A stretch of DNA of 64,000 nucleotides from the human T2T-CHM13v2.0 reference genome, Homo sapiens, in the NCBI RefSeq assembly GCF_009914755.1, contig NC_060937.1; one strand, given 5' to 3'. Below, one piece after another: positions 1-13,429 of this stretch. The translations under genes were made by a program, and so were the position numbers. Every line of letters begins with the position of its first letter. Position 1 is the stretch's first letter. The notes beneath the pieces were generated by a model. The model ran no database searches. It saw only the letters and a list, made by a program, of their open reading frames with translations, and was not told where the DNA came from.

Positions 1-262
1 AGAGTTTTCAGTGGCAAGTATAATGATCAGAGTGACTGGACTCCAAAGCAGCCATCATGGTCACCTAGAAAACAATCAATTATTTTGTTTATGACAAGTA
101 AGGTACACTATTATTACTTCATTGAGAAAATTCCATTAAATGTTTCTCTATGGTTCAGCACTTCTTGAGACTGTAACCTTGTGCACTATGAGACACATCA
201 TAGAAGCAGGAAACCCAGTGTTCTCCTATTTACGTGCTTTTAACTACATAGAGTTGTAATAT

Positions 263-314
263 TGGCTTCGTTCTTGAAGTCAGTGAGACCAAGAACCCAC
301 CAATTCTGGACAAA
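263..314 (+). mobile_element. LTR12 (ERV9) 3'-terminal remnant, 52 bp
   Basis: GGCTTCGTTCTTGAAGTCAGTGAGACCAAGAACCCACCAATTCTGGACA matches the LTR12 U5 end; flanked by ATAT at 259-262 and 315-318. Confidence 0.8.
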
Positions 315-2972
315 ATATGATCATGTGGGCAGACGTATTACATTCAAAAAACACTTTACTGGAACTCACACAAATTTTTAAAATTCCATTTTTTCATAAT
401 AATCGATATAAACTTTGTAAGATCAGATGGGTGTCTACTTAAAGTTGACATATAAGGAGAGAAAAATGAACCATAACAATGCATTAACAGGGAAGAGTAC
501 AGTGCTTTATTCTAACTGATTGAAGCAAGGTGAGAGATTTGAAGAATGGTGTCATGCCCACATTTTTCCATATTGTAGAAAAAAAGAAATGTATTAGTGT
601 TCAGGGAGGTTGATGCTAGACCTGGTATTCTTCCCTATTTTCAAATGCCAAAACTAGAGAGGGATTTAGAAATAAGCATCTAGAAACTGCACCCCCACCT
701 CCATTATCATTGGTGTATGGTTAATCCGTTGGAGGAATAAGAATACATTTTAAGAAGCTTGTTGTTTTCCCAAATCGGCAAAAGCTGTTTCCACACTTCC
801 ATTGTCTATTGGCAAAAGTTTTTAATAATACTTATCTTTTGACCTTTTATCCATTTGCCCTTTGAGTTTATTTGCTCCAGCTCTGTGAACCCCTGTGATA
901 CAGAGCAATTTACTGGGTATTTGTTCTGTAAATCAAAACCACCTCAAAGGTGCTTTTGCAACTGTATGGGACTCTACTTTTTTCTCCAAGATGCCTGCAG
1001 AAAACAGACAACAGACAACCACAATGGAAAGATACAAGTGTAAAGTATAGTCTCAGGTCATTTCATCCTTACGATTTCCTTTCTTCACTTATGTTAGAAC
1101 AAAATCTGCAGTGTCACACATCTCAAAACACACATAAGTATCAAATCAATAAGAGATACCTATGCAGCATATGCTTATTGTAAGGAGGTGGGAGAAACTT
1201 ACTTTTTCAATTAATTTACAAATAAATTTGAAGGAGACTGTGTTAAATGGAATGAGCATAAACTGTTAATATGTTTTTCTTTCTTCCCTTTTACCATTCT
1301 TTCAAAAGAATAGAAAACACCCAGATGTATGCGCAGTACTGGCTGATTTTCAAACTCTGTCATCAGATTAGTATTCAACTTAGTGTTCAGGGGTTTAGCC
1401 ATTATAATTAATCATTCCTCTAAGTGCAGAAAGATACTTAATACTCTGTCCTGACTCATTATTTAGATTTTTTGTTCTGTAGTGAAGGGCCTTAGAAAAA
1501 GATTAATTAAGTCAAACACTTTGGGGTTATTCTCCCATCATTGGAAAGAGGACTTACATACATAACTGGCATTAATGTTGGGCAATATTCCTCCTATAAT
1601 GAAACAGATGACTCTCTTAACTTAATTTGTCCAGAAAAAAATAAGACACACCAGATGTAACATAATGAGTGTTTCTGATATTTTACTGTTATTATGTAAC
1701 TTTTTGTACTGCAGTAATAATCAAACAGTTTATATACTTTAGGACATATATGGTACGTTTTAGGAAAAACAAAGGCTTACTTCAGCTTGGAAATAACTAA
1801 CTACGTAACCAAGTTGTGGCATCATCCTCGCTGAATCTCATTCTCTCAGCTAAAATATGAGGAGTTAGAGTGTATAATCTCTGTTGCTTATAATTCCGAC
1901 ATACTGTAATTCAATATGTAACGTATTTAGATCTGAAATGAGCTCAAAACATTGGAAATCCAGAAGGACAAAGTCTGGAACTTGCTATTGGGATAAATGA
2001 AAAGATTACCCATGTTAGTTTTGCCAGTGCTAGTTGAAAGTGTCTGAAATCTGTCCTTCAACATAGAAAGACAAATTACTTTTCAGTATTTCTGTTTCTA
2101 TTTATGAAATACCCATTATTATGTTGAAATGACCCAGAGACTCTTGCATAAAATAGGGATGAGTCCATGCTATGAAAAATGTCTTGCCCTAAAAATAATT
2201 CTTTATCCTCATTCTGTATATACTCAGAAATATTGTCATTGAGGTGGAATAGAGAGACACAAATAGCTTGTCCAACATTCTAGCCCTGTTATATTTTTCC
2301 ACTATCATATTTATTTTTTCCAAAGTGTAGTTCTTTATCTGGAATATTAATTCTTTACATACCTCAAGAGGGTCATCCAGTCACTTAATTAAACACGTCA
2401 GTCTTTAAAATCCCTACTTTAGAGAATCCATCATCATCAACTATTTTTTTCCTGTGGCTTAATTTTTCTTTATAAACCCCGTTTATCAAATCACAAAACA
2501 TACATGGATGTGAAAATGTTTATATTCTAAAGCTGTGTTTATGTTCTCAACCAGATGCATACCCTTTTTTTTTACTTAAAAATGGAATTTCAGATAGGTT
2601 TATTCTTTGCCTATAAATCGAAGAACAAAGTATAAATCAATATGATATTAAATATGTGAACTTTTAAAAGTCTAAATAGATGGAGTAACATTGCTTGTTC
2701 ATTTGTTTTCAATTCAAATTTTGAAATGTTAGGTTCTTCATTGACCCTGGTCTATCCAGAACAATCAGTTTGCCTAAATCACCAGAGATATTCAATGATG
2801 AATCCAGATTGAATTATTTCCCAAATGGAAAGATTATGGCTTAGAGAACTTATTAGACAAGCTGCAGCAAATAGGTGACTCTTTATCTGATGTGTATATT
2901 TTTCTGATCAATTAGATTATAAATTTTTAAATGCAGTGAGCAAATTTTATATTTCTTTAATAACCCATAAGA

Positions 2973-3193
2973 CAAAGATTGGCAAATTTTTTTCTATAAA
3001 CGTGTAAATAATAAATATATTTTCATCTTCACGGGCCATACTGTCTCTGTTGCAAGAACTATATTCTGCTGTTTTAAAGCAAAATCACCCATAGATAATA
3101 TGTAAACAAATGAACATGGCTGTATTCCACTAAAACTTTATCTACAAAGACAGACAGTCAATTTGGCCTGTGAACAATAGTTTCTTGAGTCTC
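2973..3193 (-). mobile_element. MER58A (hAT-Charlie MITE)
   Basis: Reverse complement resembles MER58A (GGCAAA..TTTCTATAAA..GGGCCATACTGTCTCTGTTGCAA..AAAACTTTAT); 8-bp TSD CCATAAGA (2965-2972) / CCATATGA (3194-3201). Confidence 0.85.
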
Positions 3194-3410
3194 CCATATG
3201 AGCATATAGTATTGCATAATAAAAATGAACTTAAATGTAAAATCAGTGTAAAACTTTGTTTTCTTTTAACACTACCTGTTTTCATAATAATGATTTATTT
3301 TACCATTTTATATAACTGATTATGTAAGATCTACTAATGACACACAAATCCACATCAAAAATACCTGTTGACATAAATATATGTAAACTAATGTCAACCA
3401 TGTACAAATA

Positions 3411-3464
3411 CAACAATGTAAGAAAAGACTAGAAGGCCAACAATGTAAGAAAATACTAGAAGGT
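3411..3464. repeat. 27-bp tandem duplication
   Basis: CAACAATGTAAGAAAAGACTAGAAGGC followed directly by CAACAATGTAAGAAAATACTAGAAGGT. Confidence 0.9.
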
Positions 3465-3918
3465 AGCAGTGTAGTTATTGTAATACAGGAGTTTTATTGC
3501 TGTTTTCCAAAACTACTTCAATGTACACTACATTTATTTTTATGAAAAAAGTGAACGTTTTAATAATACAATAGATTGAGACTGTACTACATGAATTAAC
3601 TGTATAAACATTAAAATAGATCTTTATGGTTCATTACTGGGGAAACAATATTTTAAAATACATGAAAGGCATCCTAGTTAAGAAAAATACTTTCCTTACC
3701 ATGCAATTATTTTAGAAGGTCTAATTCCAAATTATATCATATTACAATAATTCTAGGACTTTACTTTTATGACTTAAAAACTTGTTCTGATTTGTAGCAC
3801 TTTGGCAAGACTATTTGAAGTTATCCATAAAATCGTGTACAGTAATCAGCCCTGTGTGGTTACTGTGAGTCAGAGGCACTGACTACTTGGTCATGAATTT
3901 CATAACTTGAGTCTTTAA

Positions 3919-4207
3919 TTTTTTTTTTTTTTAAGCCAGGGTCTTGCTCTGTCTCCTAGGCAGGAGGGCGGTGGCACTATCTCACCTCAGTGCAGACTCT
4001 AACTCCTGGGCTCAAGCAGCCCTCCAGCCACAGCATCCCAAGTAGCTGGGACTATAGGCATGTGCCACCATCCCGGCTAATTTTTTTTATTTTTTGTAGA
4101 GACAGGGTCTGCTATGTTGCCTAGACTGGTCAGGACCTCTTGGCCTTAGGCAATCTCCTGCCTCAGCCTCTTAAAATGCTAGGGTTACAGGGTCACCACA
4201 CCCAGCC
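3919..4207 (-). mobile_element. AluJ (Jo/Jb)
   Basis: Poly-T, then antisense Alu with J-type CTCCTGGGCTCAAGC; degenerate TSD GAGT(C/T)TTTAA. Confidence 0.9.
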
Positions 4208-4436
4208 CAAGAGTTTTTAAAAGTTCTTTTTATTGTGTGCAAAAGTCCCTAAAGAATGCTGAGTTTGTTTTATGTTTTTGTTAGAACAATAAGAACTCAA
4301 AAAGTTACATCAGAAAATATTATTATAAAGTAACGTAAGAGGCTGAAATACATTATAAAAGGTACTTCTATACCATTATAATTTTCAGTGCATTAGAAAT
4401 ATATTACTGTAAGAATCTGTGATTTGAAAATAAATA

Positions 4437-4752
4437 CAATGGACACACTGTATCCACAGGTTCAACATCCAGGGATTCAACAACTGTACATTGTAAATAT
4501 TTTTAAAATAATAATACAACAATAAAAAATAACATAATAAAAAGCAATACCATGTAACAACCATTTGTATACATTTGCATTATATTATGTATTATAAGTA
4601 ATCTAGAGATTATTTAAAGTATACAGGAGGATGTGTGTAGGTTATATGGGAATATACCACACCATTTTATATAAGGGACTGGAGCATCTGAAGATTTTGA
4701 GTATCTGCAGGACTCCTAGGACCAATTTCCCAAGGATACCAAGGGACTACTG
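4437..4752 (-). mobile_element. MER2 (TcMar-Tigger)
   Basis: TATAAGTAATCTAGAGATTATTTAAAGTATACAGGAGGATGTG..GGATACCAAGGGACTACTG; TA dinucleotides at both ends. Confidence 0.85.
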
Positions 4753-5528
4753 TATGTCCACACATGCTTATTTTTGTGTTTCGACATTCACTCCTCACTG
4801 TACTCCATAATTCCAAAATGTCCCTACTGGATATTGATTATTCAATTAGAATTCAAGTTACTGGAAAGAATGCCTGAATGAAACATCTTGAGCATAAGAA
4901 AATATTTTTTCTCCAATAGAAGATGAAGCCTGTAGATTTTCCAAGATTTTTTTATGACTCTAGAAAATAAAGATGAGGATTAACATCTTAGCTATGATCC
5001 TTTGAGCTTTAAGTAACCAATTCAACCTATGTGAGTTTCAATATAAAAATGAATCTGTTACAAACGTGTAGGTGTGTCTCACAAAATCTGAAGTCTAGTA
5101 GGTGTATCAAATTTTGACTAAAGGCTTGAGATATTATTGGCAATCTTGACAGTGCTCTCACTAAATCTCTTACCTGTGCTTGGCTTTCTTCCTGTGTATC
5201 TGTTCCCCTACCACATCCTTTACTCACACTGGTAATCTGATTTTTCATCTTCTTTGTTTATATGAAAAATTCGGGTTGTAAGAGGGGCAGTATGTACATG
5301 TCTTCAGCTACATCCACACAGAAAGATACTGTTCCAAAATCCAGGGTACACATTTAGATAAGGTCAGCCTATATGGATGTCCATCTCTGTACCAATCCAC
5401 TATAGAGTAGCTGGGACCATAACATCATGGGACACCTGCTCCTGTTATGACCATCCAGATTAGGAAGGTCAGCAGTCATCAGATATGAGGTCTGATAACT
5501 TGTTTGAAAAAAATAAAAATAAAAATTA

Positions 5529-5877
<349 letters not shown>

Positions 5878-6199
5878 CTATCATTACTCCCAGTACCTGC
5901 ATCCCGATATACCATTTATTAGGTGAGGAAATAACCTGTTTTCCATATAACTTAGTGAGAAATTTTATGAACATCTTATTAGATTTCTTAAAAATGATGA
6001 TATAGCATTTCTCACTTCTAATCTAATGCTTTATGTTACTGCAATTCTTAGCATGCAAACATTTTTTCATTTTGGTGCCAAATCTTATTTGTTGATGGTA
6101 TATTTTATGTTAATACGGAACTAGATATTTGTGTTACTATTTTATTGAGGAATTTTGTAATTATGCTCATAAGTGAGGTGGTTGTTTTCTTCTCAAACA

Positions 6200-6590
6200 A
6201 GTGAGATCATTCCATTGTTTAAAATGACTTCACTGTAATATTGATCTCATGTCCAAGGTCAATTTTCTACTTCATTTTACCTCTCAACAACAGCATTTGC
6301 TCAGCAAAGTTGTTTTTCCTTTTCATCACACTTTTTTCCAACTTGCTAATTTTGTCCATTTTTTTTCTCTTGCTAAGTGGGCCACTCTACTTCAGTTTCC
6401 TAATTTAATCTTTGTGAAAACAGGATTCAGTCCCTGGATTCTTCATGTCTCCATCTACTCTCCTTTGGTAAATGTTTCAACTCATTTAGAAACTGAAATT
6501 TCTAAAACTTGTATATCCAACCTGGACCTCTTTCACAAACTGGTTCATCCAAGATATCCACTTGTATATAATTAAAACATATATTTTCTG
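6200..6590 (+). mobile_element. L2 remnant
   Basis: Pyrimidine-rich L2-like motifs (CTCCATCTACTCTCC, TATATCCAACCTGGACCTCT, ATATCCACTTG). Confidence 0.4.
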
Positions 6591-6598
6591 TATTCCTT

Positions 6599-6990
6599 TG
6601 TTGGGAACAGGCCCCTAAATATGGCCATAAACAAAATATCTGCAGCACTGTGACATGTTCCTGATGGCCATTGACGCCCACGCAAGGTGTTCCTAAGCCA
6701 CAAACAATAGCATGAGCGATCAGTGCCTTAAGGACATGTTCCTGCTGCAGATAAGTAGCCAGACCCCATCCCTTTGTTTCCTGTTTTAGTTAATCTATAA
6801 TCTATAGAAACAATGCTTATCACTGGCTTGCTGTCAGTAAATATGTAGGTGAAACTCTGTTCGTGGCTCTCAGCTCTGAAGGCTGTCAACCCCCTGATTT
6901 CCCACTCCACACTCTATATTTCTGTGTGTGTGTCTTTAATTCCTCTAGCGCCACTGGGTTAGGGTCTCCACAACCAAGCTGGTCTCGGCA
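6599..6990 (+). mobile_element. MER9 solo LTR (HERV-K9/HML-3)
   Basis: Begins TGTTGGGAACAGGCCCC, ends GCTGGTCTCGGCA; perfect 6-bp TSD TTCCTT (6593-6598 / 6991-6996), typical of ERVK. Confidence 0.92.
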
Positions 6991-7490
6991 TTCCTTAATG
7001 AATCTAAATATGTTATTTTTCAAACCTGAGATAATTTGAAAAATTGTGTTTTGTGTCATGTTTATTTCATGTAACTACATTATAATTTCCTCATGTTCAC
7101 AAAGTAAATATCTGAAAACACATTATAAATTGTACAAAATATTTGATCTCAATATCTTTTATTTGGTTCATCTAAAATGTTACTTTTAGGTATTATGTAT
7201 TAAGAGTTGTCAGTTTTTCATATCATAAACAAAATTACAAATAACAGACTTATGAATATATCCTTGATGAAACCTAGCAGTCAGAAATTCTTAGAAAATA
7301 AATTCATGAATCATAGAAGAGTTTTAATTTTTTATACTGTGCAGTTTTAAAGCCATTTCAACTAATTGAATTGCCCTGCAGAGTTAAATTTTATTGATAG
7401 CAGTATATGAGATTGCCAAAAATCTCACAAAAATATATCTAAAAATGTTAATACTTTTAAGAGTTATACATGAAATTACCTGTTGCTTAG

Positions 7491-7819
<329 letters not shown>

Positions 7820-7894
7820 TTATTTTTTGAAATACCCAATATTCAAGAACTGTGAAGAATCCTTAGATTTTACCTATAAATTAATATGCTAGCT

Positions 7895-8299
7895 TGTCAC
7901 GGTTCCCGGATGCTGACAGTGAACATGAGATTCCTTAGCCAAAGACAAAGGACTTCATTACTCACAGCAATAGCAGAAATTACATAGAGACATCAAGAAC
8001 CAGTCAACATTTGCACATGGCAATGGACTGTGCTACAGGAAAGAAATCATGGTTATAGAACCCAAATATTTTATAAAGGGCAGTAAACCTGCCCAGCCTT
8101 CATCCAAAGGGAAACATTGTCTTTATCACGTTGAACAGCAAACAAACTTTATGTTTGCTTTAGGAGAGACACTCTCTCTATCTTCCAAAGTTATTTGCCC
8201 AACAGCTTTAAAAGATTGTCTAGAACAAATGCAGTAAGGCCGACTGCTTGCAAAGAGATACAGAGTCCCAAGGGAACCATGAAGAATGATCTCTCAACA
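7895..8299 (-). mobile_element. LTR40-type ERVL solo LTR
   Basis: Minus strand starts TGTTGAGAGATCATTCTTCATGG and contains CTTTGGAAGATAGAGAGAGTGTCTCTCC; TG..CA termini. Confidence 0.7.
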
Positions 8300-8508
8300 T
8301 TAGTCATAGATTTTGCCTGCAGAGGAGGAGCAGAGATAATGTTAGATTTTTTAATTTATTTTTTTCAAATGTCTTTCTAAACGTGTATAACATTTTATTA
8401 CCTATGAATGTCAAATCTATCAAAATTTGTCATACCCTTTTTAATTTTTATGTCTCACTATACTGAATATTTTATATTTTGTTAAATATACAAATACTTT
8501 TTTTTTAG

Positions 8509-8846
<338 letters not shown>

Positions 8847-9159
8847 TAGGTTTTTAAATTCTTATTCTGCTTTTTGGCTTTAAAAAGGTACAGCCCATCT
8901 ATGAGAGCAAACATTGACCTACGCTTTTATCTAGTTGACTTTCAGCCATTAATTTACTTTGGATTTCCGGTAGTGGCTTTTAACATCATTAGTTTACAAC
9001 AGTTATCCAATTGGTCAAGTGACATTTATTTAATAATTTGTAATTTCCCTTTGATTTGAAATAATTCCTTTATAATGACAATTTCACTGAGCTATACATT
9101 TCTCTATTTCTGCATTTTAATCACACTATTGTGAATTTATAAATTATAAACTATATTAA

Positions 9160-9960
9160 TACTGTTCAATATTTTTCAGTAAGTATTTGTTAGATGAGAC
9201 ACTGCACAAATGGGACAGGTGGTCACCAGTATAATTTTGGCCTTCAGAAGGCTGGCGATGAAATGGAAGGCATAAGGAAGAAATATATTTATGAAATATG
9301 GAAGCTACAGGAACTGATCATAACGGGCATCTAACCAACCCAGGATTGGATTGTATGTGCATTGTTGTGGCTCAGAGAGAACTTTACACGGAAGTAACAT
9401 GTAAACTGGAGGGTAATTGAAGAGACTCTAACAATGGAGGACACGGAGCACAGGTTTTCATTTGTCATGCCGGGAAAGTGGGTGGGAAGTGGGAAGACCT
9501 GAGAGGTGTTAGACAACAAGGTCCAGATGGGCAGGCAACCAAAGCACTTTGGATGAGGGGAATGAAAAGCCAGGAAAGCTTGTTTTCAAGCAGACATTTA
9601 TTCCTCAATTTGTATTTCCAAAGTTGACTCTCAGCATAGCACTGAGAGAAGGTGAGGTAAAGCTGAGAGCGGCTTCCTGGGAGGGTGTGGAGGATCTGGA
9701 GACAGCAGGAGTGGCATGAAGGCAGTTGTCATAATTCATGCAAAATTGGGGTGTAACTTTACCTAATTATTGAGAATGGAGATTTTTTAAAAAAGCAGAC
9801 AGATTTAAGCAATGATGAGGAAGTTGAAAGGGCAGGATTTGGGAATAGGCTAAATCCAGGGAGGAGCATAGAGGGAGAAAGTCTAGAGTGACATTCAGAT
9901 TCTGCTTGGTTAGTAAAGATGATCATCGGTGTTAAAAATATTGAAAGGAAATGGTCTGTG
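9160..9960 (-). mobile_element. L2 remnant(s)
   Basis: Purine-rich antisense L2-like sequence (CAGTAAGTATTTGT.., TTTTCAAGCAGA.., GATTCTGCTTGG). Confidence 0.45.
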
Positions 9961-10066
9961 TGTATGTGAGAGGTGAATTTCCTTGTCATTATTTTTATAT
10001 AAAAAGTGTCTATTATCCTTCCTTAGTTGCTATTCCAAAAGCATTTTGAAATATTTGTGATTTTAA

Positions 10067-10105
10067 GTGCATGCGCACGCACGCACACACACAGACACAC
10101 ACACA
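10067..10105. repeat. (CA/CG)n alternating purine-pyrimidine tract
   Basis: GTGCATGCGCACGCACGCACACACACAGACACACACACA. Confidence 0.85.
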
Positions 10106-10191
10106 AAAAAAACCCCCTCTCCCTCCCAAACCTAGAGAGATTTTTGTTGGGATTTCATAAAACTTAATGATCACTTAGTTATTATTGTTAA

Positions 10192-10730
10192 TGTTATAGG
10201 AAAAGGGTCCCAATCCAGACCCCAAGAGAGGGTTTTTGGATCTCGTGCAAGAAAGAATTCAGGGGGAGTCCATAGAGTAAAGTGAAAGCAAGTTTATTAG
10301 GAAAGTAAAGGAACAAAAGAATGGCTACTCCATAAACAGAGCAGCCCTGAGGGAGGCTGGTTGCCCATTTTTATGATTATTTCTTGATGATATGCTAATC
10401 AAGGGGTGGATTATTCATGCCTCCCCTTTGTAGACCATATAGGGTAACTTCCTGATGTTGCCATGGCATTTCTAAACTGTCATGGCGCTAATGAGATGAC
10501 CAGAAGTCACTCTTGTCACCATCTTGGTTTTGGTGGGTTTTGGCTGGCTTCTTTACTGCAAACTGTTTTATCAGCAAGGACTTTATGACCTGTGTTTTGT
10601 GCCAACCTCCTATCTGATCCTGTGACTTAGAATGCCTTAACCATCGGGGAATGAATCCCAGCAGGTCTCAGCCTCATTTTACCCAGCTCCTATTTAAGAT
10701 GGAGTTGCTCTGGTTCACATGCCTCTGACA
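10192..10730 (-). mobile_element. MER41A solo LTR (ERV1)
   Basis: TGTTATAGGAAAAGGGTCCCAATCCAGACCCCAAGAGAGGG..GCCTCTGACA; 4-bp flanks TTAA/CTAA; lacks the MER41B GAS block. Confidence 0.9.
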
Positions 10731-10969
10731 CTAACAGTTAGTCTTTACATTCAAGGGTATGATATGTTTGCCTATTTATTGTTTCCATACTTCAATTGTG
10801 GTTTTTGTTGACAGTTTTATTTTCATCGTATAAGCAATGGTCATTATTTTATAAAATCATTAACATCTTTATTTTGTTTGTAATATACAAAACATTTTTC
10901 AAATCAATTTTATGGTTATTTCTGTTTTATAACATGTTGATTATGGTAGGTAAGTAAATTTCTATGTAA

Positions 10970-11341
<372 letters not shown>

Positions 11342-12147
11342 TAATAATAATACATTTATTTCTCTATTTCCAACAGGGATGCCTCAAATATCTATTTCTG
11401 CTATTATTCAATTGATTAGAACTTTTCAGACATTGATAGGTAATAATGAAAATAGAATCTTGACTTCCTCCTAGAATAAAGAAAATATCTTCCAAGTGTC
11501 AGAATGCTGTTGGCTGTTCTTTTGTCACAAATACTGTATGTTATGGTAAGAACTTAGCCTGTGCTTTCACTCAGCTTCCTAAGAAAGTTCATAAACACCT
11601 TTTTCAGATTCTTTCACAATGATTTTATACTTTTCTCTTTGACTTTATAATGTAATGAACTCTATTAGTGCATTTATAATTATGGATTTTTTTAATTTCA
11701 TGGATAAGACCTAATTGTTAATTACATATTCTAATACAGAGTTAAATTGTATTTATTACTATTATATTTAGGAGATTTATAACTATGTTCATGAAGAAAA
11801 TATATATTTTACAATTAAAAAAAATATGTATATATTTTAACATTTTTTGATCTTTCCAAAATGACTTTATTGCTATCTTTTGAAGGTACAAAAGTCAATT
11901 CTTAACCTTCACCTTGTTCACCAACAGCATTTAGAACTACTAAGCACTTCTTCCTTGTGAATACACTTTCTTCACTTGGCTTACAATATATCATTTTGAC
12001 CTGATTTTCTTCGGTCCAAATTGCCAGTTCTTTGGCGTTCTTTTTCTGGTCTCTCAGCTTTCTGCTGATCCCTTCCCATGGCCAGGCCACAGGGCTGATT
12101 CACCATAACTCTTTGTCCATCCACATTCTCTGGGTTAACCTTTGATT

Positions 12148-12150
<3 letters not shown>

Positions 12151-12204
<54 letters not shown>
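12151..12204. repeat. (AT)27 microsatellite
   Basis: Uninterrupted AT run counted directly. Confidence 0.97.
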
Positions 12205-12209
<5 letters not shown>

Positions 12210-12414
12210 TTTTATCTTTGGACCTCCACATCTTAGTACTTTGATATCTCTTCTCGGATGTCTAATAGTTGCCTCAAACACAGCCTGTCCCAAACTAAAA
12301 TGATGTCCCTGCTCTAACAGTTTTGTATCCACAGATTCCCTTTTGTCAGTTAATGACAACCCAATTCTTCTCTTCTTGTTTTGTTTTTCTTCTTTTGATT
12401 CACTTGGTTTTTGT

Positions 12415-12562
12415 CGTTTTAGTTTTGTTGAGGTATAATTGATGTCTAAAAAATTACACAAATTTAATGTAGACCTTATGATTTTGAACATATGCATACA
12501 ACCATGATACTGTCACCACAGTCAAGGTCCTAAACATGTCCACCACCTCTAACTTTCCTTGT
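12415..12562 (-). mobile_element. L1M (MB/MC-type) 3'-end fragment
   Basis: TTGAGGTATAATTGA..CACAAATTTAATGTA..CACCACAGTCAAG. Confidence 0.65.
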
Positions 12563-12569
12563 ATTCGTA

Positions 12570-12600
12570 TGTGTGTGTGTCTGTGTGTGAGTGTGTGTGT
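12570..12600. repeat. (TG)n, interrupted
   Basis: TGTGTGTGTGTCTGTGTGTGAGTGTGTGTGT. Confidence 0.85.
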
Positions 12601-13429
12601 CCACGCATGCACTCCAATGGCTTCCCATTTAACTCAGAGTGAAAGCCCAAATTCTCTCTACTCCATGCTGGCCCCTAGCCTCTGTGAGCTCACAGCCTAA
12701 GCACCCCCTTCACTCACTGGGCTGCAGCCACACTCACCCCTTCTCTGTTCTGGTGCTGCTTCAGGATCTTTCGATTTACTGCTTTGCTTTCCAGAAAACA
12801 TGTTTCCCCTAAACGATAAGAAGATTCTCTCCCTCATATCCTCTAAGTCTGTAATCAAGCAACATCTGACCAGCCTATTTTAAAATGCTACTCCCCAGAA
12901 TAACCTCCCTCCTCCTCCAGCACTATCCTTCCCTGACTTGCTTTATTTTCCTCAAAAGCACTCATTTCCTTATATCATATGATACAATTTATTTAATTAA
13001 ATTTATTATCTATGGGTAGACTTCAATAAAATGTAACCTTCATGAAGGTAGCGATTTAATAATTCCTGAATAAATTAATAAGTATTCTATTAAAAAGTGT
13101 TTCAAATGACCCCCTCTCTAAAGGAATATTTATTATAAACAATATTAAATAAATTTGTTTTGAGAAATTTTTATAAGAAGCAAATCTGTTTAATTTTACT
13201 TAACCATGTTATTTGCAAATGTATTGAATGCCAGAAGTGTTAAACTCCAAGAGATATGTTGGACAATTGCATTCTAGTCCAACGACTGTAGCTGCAACCT
13301 ACAGATATTTACTCCTCACTACTGAAGGTAGTGACTCTTCAAAACATAATGATGTTATCACTACATATACTTTAAGCATTTTGAGGGTTGACAGATACTT
13401 AAAAACCATTTGTGATGCAGTGTATTCGA

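Larger units (their letters stand above)
11900..13085 (+). mobile_element. L2a 3' portion, interrupted by (AT)n, an L1M piece and (TG)n
   Basis: CACTTTCTTCACTTGGCTT, GGATGTCTAATAG..CTCAAAC, CTCCAATGGCTTCCCAT, terminal GAATAAATTAAT. Confidence 0.75.

Noticed and set aside
12147-12497. ORF with a YIYIYI tail (likewise the YLSI ORF at 34209-34553)
   Set aside because: These are translations of (TA)n and (TATC)n microsatellites.
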